NCBI RefSeq assembly: GCF_008831285.2
Contig: NC_045138.2
Span: 31,930,001-31,994,000, forward strand
DNA from: Nymphaea colorata
Lineage: Eukaryota
Reading direction: 5' to 3'
DNA length: 64,000 nt
Shown here: positions 27,224 to 38,256 of the stretch, one piece after another
Layout: each line of letters starts with the position of its first letter
Position numbering within the stretch: position 1 is the stretch's first letter
The notes under the pieces: generated by a model
What the model was told of the DNA's origin: nothing
The model's input: the letters and a program-made list of their open reading frames with translations, nothing else
Databases searched by the model: none
Translations under genes and position numbers: made by a program

Positions 27224-27477
27224 ATATCTCCTTTTCTCATCCTCTTTCTGTCTCTCCCTCTCCCCCTTATGTTTTTAGATATGATTAAAGTTAAATAAAA
27301 ACATTTCAAACGGCCAAAAGTCACATATAGAGGAGATCTGATTGATGGAACAACCGCTCCGTTTTTAATGCTAAAAATAACAGAGATTAGATGTTAAGAC
27401 TCGTTTTAGGGCTCTGTAGCAGCTCCAAAGCAGTAACTACTGGAGTTTCTACCATTTTGCTACTTGGAATTAGAAAG

Positions 27478-27839
27478 TAAGTCTGCGCATCGGGCTGGCT
27501 CAGCCAGCCTGATAACGAGTTGGGCTCAAGTCGACTCGACATCCAAAAACCGGGTTTGGCCTAAAAACCCAAGTCCAAGCACAACTCAATTAAATTTAAA
27601 AGTATATTTTTAATATGAAATAATATATAAATATAATTAATTGTAATAAATTATTATATGTGTATATATAAATTAATAAAAAAATAAAAACCAATTATCG
27701 GGCCGTCGGACTTATTGGGCCCACTAAGGTCGGCCCAATAAATTATCGGCCTGGCCCGGGTCTTTTCTTTTATGCTTGGACCCGAGTCTGGCCGTGCACC
27801 AAGTACTCGGCGGCGGCCTAGCCCAATGCCCAAGTCTTA
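27478..27839. mobile_element. hAT-type MITE (TAAGGCTGGGCA-type ends)
   Basis: Degenerate TIRs, 8-bp TSD TTAGAAAG/TTAGAAAT, GGCCC-rich subterminal repeats. Relatives at about 29760-30030 and 47561-47948. Confidence 0.65.
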
Positions 27840-28412
27840 TTAGAAATCACATATTTATGTATTTTTGATATAGTGTTGTATTTGATGGTTTTTTGAGGCA
27901 GTATTATAAGATGTGCTTCTCATAATCCTCAGTTCAAGCAAATTATGGACCTCTGTAATGTGGATCCACATTACATATTAAAAACTATGGATTTAAGGTC
28001 ATATGAAAAGTGTCCGACCTTAAATTCATGAATTTGAAATCCTAAAAACCTCAAATCATGGATCTTAGATCTGCAGTGAAACAAATACACCTTCACATAT
28101 TAAAAACCATGGATTTAAGGTCATATGAAAGGTGTGCGACATTAAATCTATGAATTTGCGGTGAAACAAATGCACCCCACTCTTTGTCATATTTCAAAAT
28201 TTTAATTGTCTAAAATAACAACACAGTCATCCTCACATTATCTATTCTTGTGTATATTTAAAAGAAGAACCATGTACACATCATCGAGTGTATATAAGAA
28301 CTCGTGCCTACTTAAAAACATATTCACAAAACTATATATATTCCGATCTATCTTTTTGATGACCTCACTCATTCGTCTCATTTCTTCCTTCCACTTAAAG
28401 AATACCGCTCAC

Positions 28413-28795
28413 TAAGGGTGAACATGAGCCGAATCGAGCCCGAGTTCAGTCAGCTCAAATTCAGCTCAAGTTTGAGAATGGAAGTAGCTCGATCTCAACT
28501 TGGCAGTTACGTGTTAGGCTCGAGCTCAACTCGATTAAAGCTCGACAAAACCGTTGGAATAGAATTGATATTCATCGTTACGTATTGAGGTCGAGTTTGG
28601 CTCGATTAAGGCTCGACAAACTCGTAAACTCGTTTGGATATACATTCTCGAGCTAACAAATTCGATTAAAGCTCGAGCTCGACACAGCAATTAAGCGTTG
28701 ACTTCAAACTCAACTCGATTATTTGAACGAGTGAACTTGAACTCCAGCTCGACTAGTTAAACAAGTTAAACAAATGACTCAGTTCAATCACTTCT
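28413..28795. mobile_element. Degenerate MITE with GAGCTCGA subterminal repeats
   Basis: Dense GAGCTC/CTCGA motifs starting TAAGGGTGAACA; a similar tract at about 48930-49440. Confidence 0.5.
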
Positions 28796-29879
28796 ACTAC
28801 TGCCCACCATATTCTTTCTCAGTTATGTGCAGTGCAAGGAGTTTTCGAGAAGAAAGGGGAAAAAGCCGAAGACAAAGAGAGAATCAGGACTTTTCCCCTT
28901 TCAACGTCTTATCCTGTTAGTGTCAGAAAAAGGAAAGAAGAAATCCAACGGTGGAGGAGTCATCTTATCGCCAGCCCTTTGCCTGGTGGCCGTTGATTCT
29001 TCCAACCCAGAGAGTCAAATGTATCAGCAATATGGTTCCCGTGCTAAACCTGCAAAAAATTTTTAATGTCATAAAAGAATTATTCATGAAAAGGAAAATT
29101 TGTCGAGTTTGAGATTAATCGGATCGGTTCTAGATAGGACCTGGACCAGGATCCGATGTTGGGAACGTGGGTTTATGGTATCTTACGTTTAGCTTCTACT
29201 GCAGCCAAAATTTTGAGCGACCTTTTAAAGTTTAAATGCATAGCTTCTCTGTATTTGAAGGCACAAATAATTTATCAGAGTTTTAAAGGTTTTTTTAGGT
29301 ATAATACGATGGGCTTGAGAAAAAACAATATTTTTTTTTAAATTAAAAATATTAAAAATCAAAAAAATAGGTGAGAAAATAATAACACAAACATCAAAAG
29401 ATAGATAGATAAAAAAAAGTGAAAAAAAATGTTTGACATTAAAAAAATGAAAAAACTCAAAAAACACTCGTAAGAGCTGCAGTCCAAAAGAAGGAACTCT
29501 TGTTGGCAAATAAGCTTCTTGACTTCCTTCTTTTGTCGAATGTGTGTTCCCCACCACCTAAATTAAGGCCGAAGTTTTCCCCTTCTTCTTCTCATCTACC
29601 CAAGGCTCAGAGCTGTTTCAGAAACTATTCATGCGCTTACATCTTAAAAAAAGAGTATGATGAGTCATCTCGACAACAAGAAATTTTAAAAGCTTTCATG
29701 GTTAAATGCGGTTCATGAAAGCAAAAAATATGTCATGCAACTGAACTTGTAGATGCATGTAAGGCTGCGCACCAGGTTGGGCCGCCGCCGGGTACTCAGT
29801 ATTCGGCCCGACTCAGGCCAGGTTGGGGCTTGAGAAAAAGGGACCCAGGCCAACCTGATAAATTTATTTTATTTTATTA

Positions 29880-29923
<44 letters not shown>

Positions 29924-30409
29924 TTATTATAATTAATTATATTTATATATTATTTTATATTAAAAATATATTTTTAAGTTTAACCTGGCTAGGTCCTAAC
30001 GGGCTTAAACTCGGGCTCCAGTTTTCCAAGTGGGGCCTTGAAGAAGAGAGATAACATGGTAAGCATTTACGTATGTAATAATTAGTTTTGCAAATCTTGT
30101 GAATCTTTTGTTTAACCAAAGAAAACCTTAAGTTTGCTTTTAAAAAAATGAGAAAATTAATTTGAGACATGCTTTTCGGTAGTTATTATTACCAATTATT
30201 TAGTTGTGCATCTATTTCTTTTTAAATTTAAATTAAAAAAATTACTACACTTACTGGAATCATAACGAACTTATGTGTCTTTTCTATTCAATTAAAAACT
30301 TACAACACTTACTGGACTAAACGCATTCATCCAGTACTGGATCTGACATCGACCCGTTTACATCTCCAAACCCATTACGGGAACTCCTCCAAAGTCCAAA
30401 CTAAAACCC

Positions 30410-30569
30410 CCCACTCTCTCTGTCTCTCGCTATTCTAAACCGAATCCCTAAACTCTCTACCGGCAGCGTACATCGGCCAGCCGCGGGAATACAACCAGTC
30501 CGTCGGCCGCCATCCTTCGTTCGAATATTGCCAGGCGGTCGGCCATTCTATTCTTCCGGCAACACGAAG
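30410..30569 (+). promoter_or_regulatory. Putative GC-rich non-coding first exon serving the PPR (and possibly KRI1) transcript; donor at 30570
   Basis: CT-rich start and GC-rich leader, ending AAG|GTCTCT, followed by a (CT)n, T-rich intron-like stretch up to the acceptor at 31385. Confidence 0.5.
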
Positions 30570-30570
30570 G

Positions 30571-30601
<31 letters not shown>

Positions 30602-31370
30602 TTTTCTCTCTCTCAATCTGGGACGGTTCAGCGGGACGGAACTGTCACTGCCGCAGTCGATGCAGTTGTTCCAGCTCATCGTTGCCATCGAAGCTCCAAA
30701 ACCCCATCTGTCTTACCGTGCCTTGCCTCTCTCTCTCTCTCTCTGTGTGTGTGTGCGCGTCTGTGTCTCTGACTTTCTTCCTTTTCATCTCTTGTTGAAT
30801 GATGACAGTAGGTTTTTCCGTTTGACTTATTATGGAATTGTTGCCGACTCTGGACGATAACACTTTCTTCATGTTGGGAGATCTGACACTAGTGTTGGTG
30901 GTGTGAGGATCATGTTCTTTTGTCGTTACTTGCTTTTCCATATATGTATTTTACATTACTCATGGAATCTTAAGTACATCCTTACTTCGTTCTTGCCTTC
31001 TTTGGTTTAATTAGTGGATTTGTGTTTCTCATATCAATAGAACGCGTATTTTCAAAGTAAAGCAATGCAAGTTGTTGCTGGTTCCATTAGTATTTGCTCT
31101 ACTGGAATACCTCTTTAAGCTGCATTCTAGATCTCCTATTCCATATTTTTTTCACAAACAGAAATCATGAAATGTGGAGATACAGTACCGTGCGGGAATG
31201 AACGATCCACATGACGTGGCTAACCTAGAATTCTTTGTGATCATGAAGTGATGAAATTGTATAGAACAGGGACTAGTATCAGAGTTGTCGGTCTTCTTTT
31301 TATTGGTTAGAAAGAAAACGTGAAAAGCGATACTGTGTTTGACTGTATCGCCTCGACATTCATAGTTTCT

Positions 31371-31563
31371 TTTTCTTGATTGCAGGTGGTTATTCAAAGT
31401 TAGGTTTTTCCAGATGGGGCTGGATATGTCAATGAAATGATGACATAGATGAATTTTCAAAGGTTAAAGTCAGCATAGAATTTGCTTGCAAATATGAATG
31501 GAATAAAAGATGAGAGAATTTGCAGAGGTTAAGGGAGTAAAGAAGTGAGAACTTGCAGGTGAT
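31371..31563 (+). pseudogene. Decayed duplicate of the KRI1 splice acceptor, 5'UTR and first ~50 codons
   Basis: Aligns colinearly with 36270-36465. NDDIDEFSKVKVSIEFACKYEWNKR*ENLQRL versus KRI1 NDDVEDISKIKVSKEFACKYDYNKRREDLQRL; frameshifts and stops present. Confidence 0.88.
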
Positions 31564-31598
31564 AGCTGTTACTATCACTCACCAGCCCTCCTTTTAGA

Positions 31599-33473
31599 AT
31601 GAATACCACCAGATTCAGGAAATTTAGCAGGATAAGTTATGCTCCACTCTCTTTGTTATCAAAGAATTTGGGCTTAAGAGGAAGCACAGCAGCTTCCCAA
31701 TTTGATCTATCACCTGTAGCTCTTGTCACTGTTCTGTTGCAACAATTGCATGTTAGCCAAATTCCAAGCAGCCCATCACTTCCCTTCGTTATTAATCCAC
31801 ACAACAATGTCAAAAGTGTGAAGCTAGTTGGATCCATCACCTCTTCAGAAATAACTTCTATTTATACCCATTTGTCATTCCCTCAACCAAATTTATTTTC
31901 TACCCTCTCTAATATTGGGACTCGCTCTCCTAAGAGCATAGAGTGTGTTGATGATGGTGATGAGGAAAGAGATGATGATGATGATGAGGAAAGAGACGAC
32001 GATGATGATGATGATGAAAGAGATGATGATGATGGAGGCCAAACTGTGTGTGAAAGCCCAGCCATGTTCCATAATGTTGAATCAATTGTTACACTACTAT
32101 GTGATTATGAAAAAAATAATAATGGTGTCGAAACTCGAAAGTTGCTAGAAAATTGTGGAATTTGTATGACATCTGAGTTAGTGTCAAGAGTCCTTACTAG
32201 GGTTAGAAATGATCATGCTGCTGCATATACCTTCTTCCTTTGGGCTGCTAAGCAACGTGATTACGAGCATTCTATTCGCCATTACCATGCTATGATTTCC
32301 ATCTTGGCAAAGAATAGGAAGTTCGACACTGCATGGGCTTTGATTGACGAAATGAGAATGTTGTCAATATTGACCTCAAGGGCACTTGTGATAATGATAA
32401 GAAGATATAGCGCCGCACATGATGTGGGGAAAGCCATTAATACTTTCTATGCTTTCAAGCGCTTTGGGTTTGAGGTAGGGATCAATGAATTCCAAGAGTT
32501 GCTCTCAGCCTTGTGTAGGTACAAGAATGTGGAAGATGCAGAGCACCTACTTCATTGCAACGACGATGTATTCCCTTTGGACACCAAGAGCTTCAACATT
32601 GTGCTCAATGGTTGGTGCAAAGCAAAGGAGGATGTGCGGCAAGGGATGCGACTATGGAAGGAGATGGTCAGGAGGGGCATCCCTCGAGATGCCTACTCTT
32701 ATAGTAGTATAATCTCTTGTTATGCTAGAGTTGGCAATCTTAATGGCGTCATGAGAATGTTCAACTTGATGAAGGATGAGGGGGTTTCTCGAGATAGGAA
32801 GATCTACAATTCTGTGATATATGCCTTAGCAAGACGTGGGAACAACTACCTTAATGATGCCATGAACATTGTCAGGATGATGGAGCAAAGAAAAGGTGAA
32901 GGTGAAGGACCAAATGTTGCCACCTATAATTCCCTAATCAAGGCGCTTTGCAAGGCCAAGAGAGTGAATGATGCACGGTCAGTGTTGAATCGCATGCGTC
33001 TCAACCATGTCTCACCTTCTGTCAGGACTTATCATCCCTTGCTTCGAAGGGCTGTGAATGCAGAAGAGGTTTTTGACGTCTTGAATGAAATGAGGAGGGT
33101 TGGGTGTGTCCCAGTTGTTGACAGCTACCTCATGCTAATTAGGAAGTTTTGTCGTTGGCGCCAACTCAATAATGTTTGGAAATTGTGGGATGAGATGCAC
33201 AAGTATGGTCTAAGCCATGATCGGAGCTCATATTCCGTATTGATAAATGGGCTCTTTTTGAATGGGTTTCTAGAGGATGCATGGAGGTATTGCCAGGAGA
33301 TGAAAGCCAAGGGGTTTGAACCAGAGCCTAAAATGGATGAGATGCTTAAGGCATGGGTACCTAGAAAAGCGATAACAAACACATGCACAACATTGGGGGA
33401 GAGGAAGGAAACCACAACAACCACCACCGGCAACAATAAAAGTGACAACTGTAGTACAATTAGTAAATCTTGA
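31599..33473 (+). CDS. P-class pentatricopeptide repeat protein, intronless, probably mitochondrial (At5g15010-like)
   Basis: 624-aa ORF with tandem 35-aa PPR motifs (YHAMISILAK, FNIVLNGWC, YSSIISCY, YNSLIKALCK, YSVLINGL), an R/S-rich N-terminus and an acidic (GAT)n tract. Confidence 0.92.
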   Translation: MNTTRFRKFSRISYAPLSLLSKNLGLRGSTAASQFDLSPVALVTVLLQQLHVSQIPSSPSLPFVINPHNNVKSVKLVGSITSSEITSIYTHLSFPQPNLFSTLSNIGTRSPKSIECVDDGDEERDDDDDEERDDDDDDDERDDDDGGQTVCESPAMFHNVESIVTLLCDYEKNNNGVETRKLLENCGICMTSELVSRVLTRVRNDHAAAYTFFLWAAKQRDYEHSIRHYHAMISILAKNRKFDTAWALIDEMRMLSILTSRALVIMIRRYSAAHDVGKAINTFYAFKRFGFEVGINEFQELLSALCRYKNVEDAEHLLHCNDDVFPLDTKSFNIVLNGWCKAKEDVRQGMRLWKEMVRRGIPRDAYSYSSIISCYARVGNLNGVMRMFNLMKDEGVSRDRKIYNSVIYALARRGNNYLNDAMNIVRMMEQRKGEGEGPNVATYNSLIKALCKAKRVNDARSVLNRMRLNHVSPSVRTYHPLLRRAVNAEEVFDVLNEMRRVGCVPVVDSYLMLIRKFCRWRQLNNVWKLWDEMHKYGLSHDRSSYSVLINGLFLNGFLEDAWRYCQEMKAKGFEPEPKMDEMLKAWVPRKAITNTCTTLGERKETTTTTTGNNKSDNCSTISKS

Positions 33474-34795
33474 CCTAGCAGTGCTTGTTCCCATGATTTT
33501 GTCAAAAGACATGAAATTAGAAGCGTTACTAGAGAAAAAGGTTTCAATTTACAGTAGCTGAGCTTTTACATTATGCTCATTCTTCTTTTCTTGTCTAATC
33601 TTTTGCAGTGTATCATTTTTCTTACCTTTTGGTGAGGGAGATGTTGTGAATAACAACCTATTTTCCTTTATCTTTTTTGTATTTATGGCAGTCTTTCGTG
33701 GTTTATTTTGTTTGTGCTATTTGTATTTTTTGCACTGCTGATGAACTTTCTACTCAAGGTTGCTCTTGTCTATCCATCATGTCCTCGACATCTCCCACCT
33801 GACAACTCTAACCATTGTAAGACAGCAACTAAGCAAGTAACTGTTAGCAATTTATGGTGATATGCAATTGGATTGTGAATGACATTAATATCAGCAAAGT
33901 GAATGGCACATTCTTATGGTGTCTTGTAGAAGGGAAACAACTTGACTTGTTTGTCAATCAATGTTGTTGAAAAGTGTTAGGTGGAGCCTAGGTGTTGAGT
34001 ACAGCCTTGGGCGTAGGCATGTCTAGGCAATGGCTAGGTGCCTGAAGTGGTTAAAGAGAAGTAACAAAGGAAGAAAGATAGGAAACTATAGAATTCAGCA
34101 TTAAACATTGAACCATTTCTCAGTAAAAACAATTCATCATTCAATTTATGGCAAGTAATAAATCATTTTCAAAGATAAATCAATAAATAGTGCTACAGAT
34201 ATCAATGCACAGTTGCACACATAATCATATGCAATAAAAGAATAAAAAGAGAACAGGATGGAAAATATAGTCGCATATCGTAAGATAAATACATATACCA
34301 GTCATATTTCAACACACACACACATATGTATTAATTAAGACATTTGTTTTGCTTGGGAATTCTCGTTAAAAAATGGTAAGGATTCAAAGGAGTTATTAAA
34401 ATGTTAAGAGAAACCTCGTAAAAATTTAAAATATATTAAAATATTTTTAAAAATTTAAAAAACTGCTATATTTTCATTTGGCGTTCCCCCCTTCAAGATA
34501 TCATGATATTTGACATTTTTCTTGGTTTTTCTAAAAATTTTGACTATTTTGCTATTAGTCTGACTATAAGTCTGTCATCAATCAGTTTATGTTTCGAATC
34601 AGCAACTAGTTGGTCAGACTAGTTGATTGGTTAGCCTAGTTGTTTATCAGTTGACCATTTGCTGACCTATACTTTTGGATATATATGTTTTGAACTTATT
34701 TCCATTTAAATATATGTACTTTTTGTAGTCAACAACTGGGGTCTGATTAGTTTTCTAGGGTCTTGAACGACTTATATCCATTTTCTGATTTTGTC

Positions 34796-34844
<49 letters not shown>

Positions 34845-35221
34845 GGCTATCACATAGAGACCTGGGAGAGAAGGAAAAGGAGGACTAATGTAGTATAAAA
34901 AGGAGAAAAGATGAAGAAGTGAAAAAAGGAATAATCACTAAAAAAAAGATGATAACTTAACTAACATGGACTCTTCGATAATATTGCTGCAATAAAAAAG
35001 AAAAAAAGAAGTTCGTCTTTCAGCCAACATTTTTGGGGCCAAGAAAAAGTTAGTGCAGATGGTAAGGCCCTTGTGGTCTTCATGCCTACTTGGTCACTTG
35101 TTCTCTTAGTACAATTGTTACAGTATTGGATCTTTACCTTTCAGTGACTGTGAAATCAACTTCATGGATTGATGTTTCTTCAAATTTGGTTGTTTGTTCC
35201 ATGTTTATCATTTGTTGGTTC

Positions 35222-35646
35222 CATAGTCACAAAAAATGTGTTATTTTCGAAAAAAACGCGAGAAAATGAAATGCCGTTTAGAACTTAAAAAAACACATTT
35301 AAAAAAAACGTTAAAAACGAAAAACACGTTTTTTTCATTTTTTTAATGCCAAACAGTTTTTTTTTTTCATTTTTCATTTGTTGCAAATCTACTTATCTTT
35401 TGATGTTCATTTTTTTTCATTTTTTTAATGCCAAACAGTTTTTTTTTTCATTTTTCATTTGTTGCAAATCTACTTATCTTTTGATGTTTGTGTTATTATT
35501 TTCGCACTCATTTTATTTTCCCTCCATTTTTAGTTTTTTTAATTTCTTCTAAAAAATACCATTTTTCCCATATTTTTCAAGCCCGCCATATTATACCCAA
35601 GAAAAACCTCGTTGTTTGAAACTCCGAGACGTTATTTGTGACTATG
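35222..35646. mobile_element. hAT-type MITE, 425 bp, with an internal ~80-bp tandem duplication
   Basis: TIR CATAGTCACAAA/TTTGTGACTATG; 8-bp TSD GTTGGTTC/GTTGATTC. Fragments of the same family at about 29285-29470 (inverted) and 38575-38607. Confidence 0.85.
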
Positions 35647-36312
35647 GTTGATTCCTTATGTCTTTATTCAGTCCGGGGAATTGGTATAGAGAGGCAGAGT
35701 CTGTAAGTGCAAAAAGTCACTTTCTGGTTTCAAAAGAAGTCCTTTTTCCTGGAGCAGGCTGAATATGCAATCCGTTTTGCTATTGTGTAAGAAGCAGGTG
35801 TATCCAGTAATGGTCTAAATCTGTTTCTCAACTCCTGGTCGGTGAGTAGGAAAAGTGAACTTGGAGACTACAGAATCTTAATATTGGTTCACTCTTTTTC
35901 AAGAGCCTTGAAACTCTTCTGTTCTTCTGTTTTTCTTTTCTTGCCTGCTGTAGTATCTTTGCTGTGCATTTGAGTTCTGTTGCTGGTTCTGATAATATCT
36001 ACATTACATTGGCACTTGGTCATGTAAGATGGTAGAACCACTGTTATGGATTCCTCCACTAGATATAGTATCTATGAAGATCTCACAAAGCCAAAAGTTG
36101 CTAGATGCTAAAAATATTGCACTTATTTCCAAGAAAGTGACTCCTGGTGCTTAAAATTATAAAGCAAAGCTAGCTTTCTTTTTTGACTTCTTAATGCCCT
36201 ATCCACTGTTTCACTTGGGGTACATGAAAAGGATTATATTATGTTTCATCTTATTGCTTCAGCACTTGGTTTTCTTGATTGCAGGTGATTATATAAAGTT
36301 CAGGTTGTCTAA

Positions 36313-38256
36313 ATGGGGCTGAATTTATTTGAGCAAAATGATGATGTAGAGGACATTTCAAAAATTAAAGTTAGCAAGGAATTTGCTTGCAAGTATGACT
36401 ACAACAAAAGGCGGGAGGATCTACAGAGATTGGAGGAGTTGAAGAAAAAAGGTCTTGCAGGTGATTCCTCAGGCTCAGAGGGTTCGTCCGATGCTGAAAC
36501 AGAGGATGATGAAGGACTTCTACTGCCCAAGAATGATTTGAAATTTTATGAAGCCCTTGTGAAGGTGAAGAGGAATGATCCTTCTCTTTTGCAGAAAGAT
36601 GTGAATCTATTTCCTTCAGATAACGAGGATGAAGATGACAAACATGAAGGTAAGAAAGCAAAGGAACCAAAAAAGAAGCCTCTCTACCTGAAAGATGTAG
36701 TTGCTAAGCATTTGGTCGAGAATGGACCAGAAATCAGGGAGGATCTACATAGGTTGCCTCCAAAAACTTATTCTGAAGAACTGGAGGAATATCGACAGGC
36801 TGTTCTGGATGCCACAGAAGATGCCGTGGACGAAGATGGAGATTTTTTCAAAGAAAAGAAAGTCAAGAAGGAAGCTTACATTGATGGAAACAACGAGATG
36901 TCAAAGATTCTTGGCGAGTGCTTTGAACCAGACGAGTCAGCTTTCTGGAGAGATTACTTAGGGAAAAAGAAATGGATCTGTGAAGGCGACAAGGAAACTC
37001 TTCTGGAGGAAGATGTTGGTCTCTCTGAGGATGAGAAAGCACTGGAGGAGCAAGACAGATACGAATCAGAATTTAACTTTAGACATGAAGAAGCTCCCAC
37101 TGATCAAGTGTTGGGGTTCTCGCGGCATATTGAAGGGACTGTAAGGAAGAAAGAAAGTGCTAGAAAAATGCAGCGGATAAGGAAAAAGGAAAGGCTTGCA
37201 CAGGCAGAGTTTGAAAGGAAGGAAGAATTGAAGCGTCTGAAGAACATTAAAAAGCAGGAACTTTTTGAAAAGCTTGATAAAATTCGTAGTGTGGCTGGAA
37301 TTGCTGATGAGAAAGATTGCGGTTTGACCGAAAAGGATTTAGAAGGTGAGTTTGATCCAGATGAATTTGATAGGAAAATGAACGAGATGTTTGATGATGA
37401 ATATTACCAGGCAGAGGATGCTGATGCTGATTTTCATAGTGATGGAATAGATGATCTAGAAAAACCAAATTTCGAGAAAGAGGACGAGTTACTTGGGCTC
37501 TCAAAAGGTCTGGATGAGCCGGTACCTAGTGAAGGGTTTTTAGCAGCAAGAATGAAAGTACTGAAATGTAAGGAGGGTAAGCATGCTGAGGCCACCGAAA
37601 GTGACATGGAAGCCATTGGAGATGACGATGATGTGGAAGAGCACTATGAGGGCAAGAAGAAAAAGAAAGTCAAATTTTCTCTAGCAGACAAGGTTTCATT
37701 GGAGAAAGAGTTAGATGAGTACTATAAGTTGGATTATGAAGACACTATTGGTGATCTAAAAACACGATTTAAGTACCGAGAAGTGCTATCTAACAGATAC
37801 GGCCTTAGCACAGCAGAGGTTTTGATGGCAGATGATAAGGATTTGAATCAGTATGTGTCTTTGAAGAAACTTGCTCCTTATAGGCCAGATGAATTTAAGA
37901 TCCCAAAACACAAAAGGTATAACTACAAACAAAAGATACTTTTGTCCATAGAAGAGGGCTCGAAAGACAAGGGCTCTAAAATAAAAAAGAAGTCCGAGGC
38001 CGATCAGCATGAACAGGATGGGGGATGCTCTAAAATAAAAAAGAAGTCCAAGGCCGATCAGCATGAACAGGATGGGGGATCTGTTTCACAGTCTCTTGAG
38101 GAAAATCCACAAGAAGAACCCTCAAATGGTGAAGACCCTCAGTTGTCCAGCAGGGCTAAAAGAAGGAGAAGGCAGGCCAAATTGAAGATATCACAGTCGC
38201 GGCTTCAGGCTTATGGACAGATACCTCCCAAGTCCAAGAAGCCTAGGAAACATTAG
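36313..38256 (+). CDS. KRI1: KRI1 homolog (40S ribosome biogenesis factor), single coding exon
   Basis: 647-aa acidic/basic ORF with FACKYDYNKRREDLQRLEE, YESEFNFRHEE and the KRI1 C-terminal block LDEYYKLDYEDTIGDLKTRFKY..DDKDLNQYVSLKKLAPYR. Acceptor TTGCAG at 36284 just upstream. Confidence 0.95.
   Translation: MGLNLFEQNDDVEDISKIKVSKEFACKYDYNKRREDLQRLEELKKKGLAGDSSGSEGSSDAETEDDEGLLLPKNDLKFYEALVKVKRNDPSLLQKDVNLFPSDNEDEDDKHEGKKAKEPKKKPLYLKDVVAKHLVENGPEIREDLHRLPPKTYSEELEEYRQAVLDATEDAVDEDGDFFKEKKVKKEAYIDGNNEMSKILGECFEPDESAFWRDYLGKKKWICEGDKETLLEEDVGLSEDEKALEEQDRYESEFNFRHEEAPTDQVLGFSRHIEGTVRKKESARKMQRIRKKERLAQAEFERKEELKRLKNIKKQELFEKLDKIRSVAGIADEKDCGLTEKDLEGEFDPDEFDRKMNEMFDDEYYQAEDADADFHSDGIDDLEKPNFEKEDELLGLSKGLDEPVPSEGFLAARMKVLKCKEGKHAEATESDMEAIGDDDDVEEHYEGKKKKKVKFSLADKVSLEKELDEYYKLDYEDTIGDLKTRFKYREVLSNRYGLSTAEVLMADDKDLNQYVSLKKLAPYRPDEFKIPKHKRYNYKQKILLSIEEGSKDKGSKIKKKSEADQHEQDGGCSKIKKKSKADQHEQDGGSVSQSLEENPQEEPSNGEDPQLSSRAKRRRRQAKLKISQSRLQAYGQIPPKSKKPRKH
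37973..38080 (+). repeat. In-frame 54-bp (18-aa) tandem duplication inside KRI1
   Basis: SKIKKKSEADQHEQDGG / SKIKKKSKADQHEQDGG; one substitution between the copies. Confidence 0.92.
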
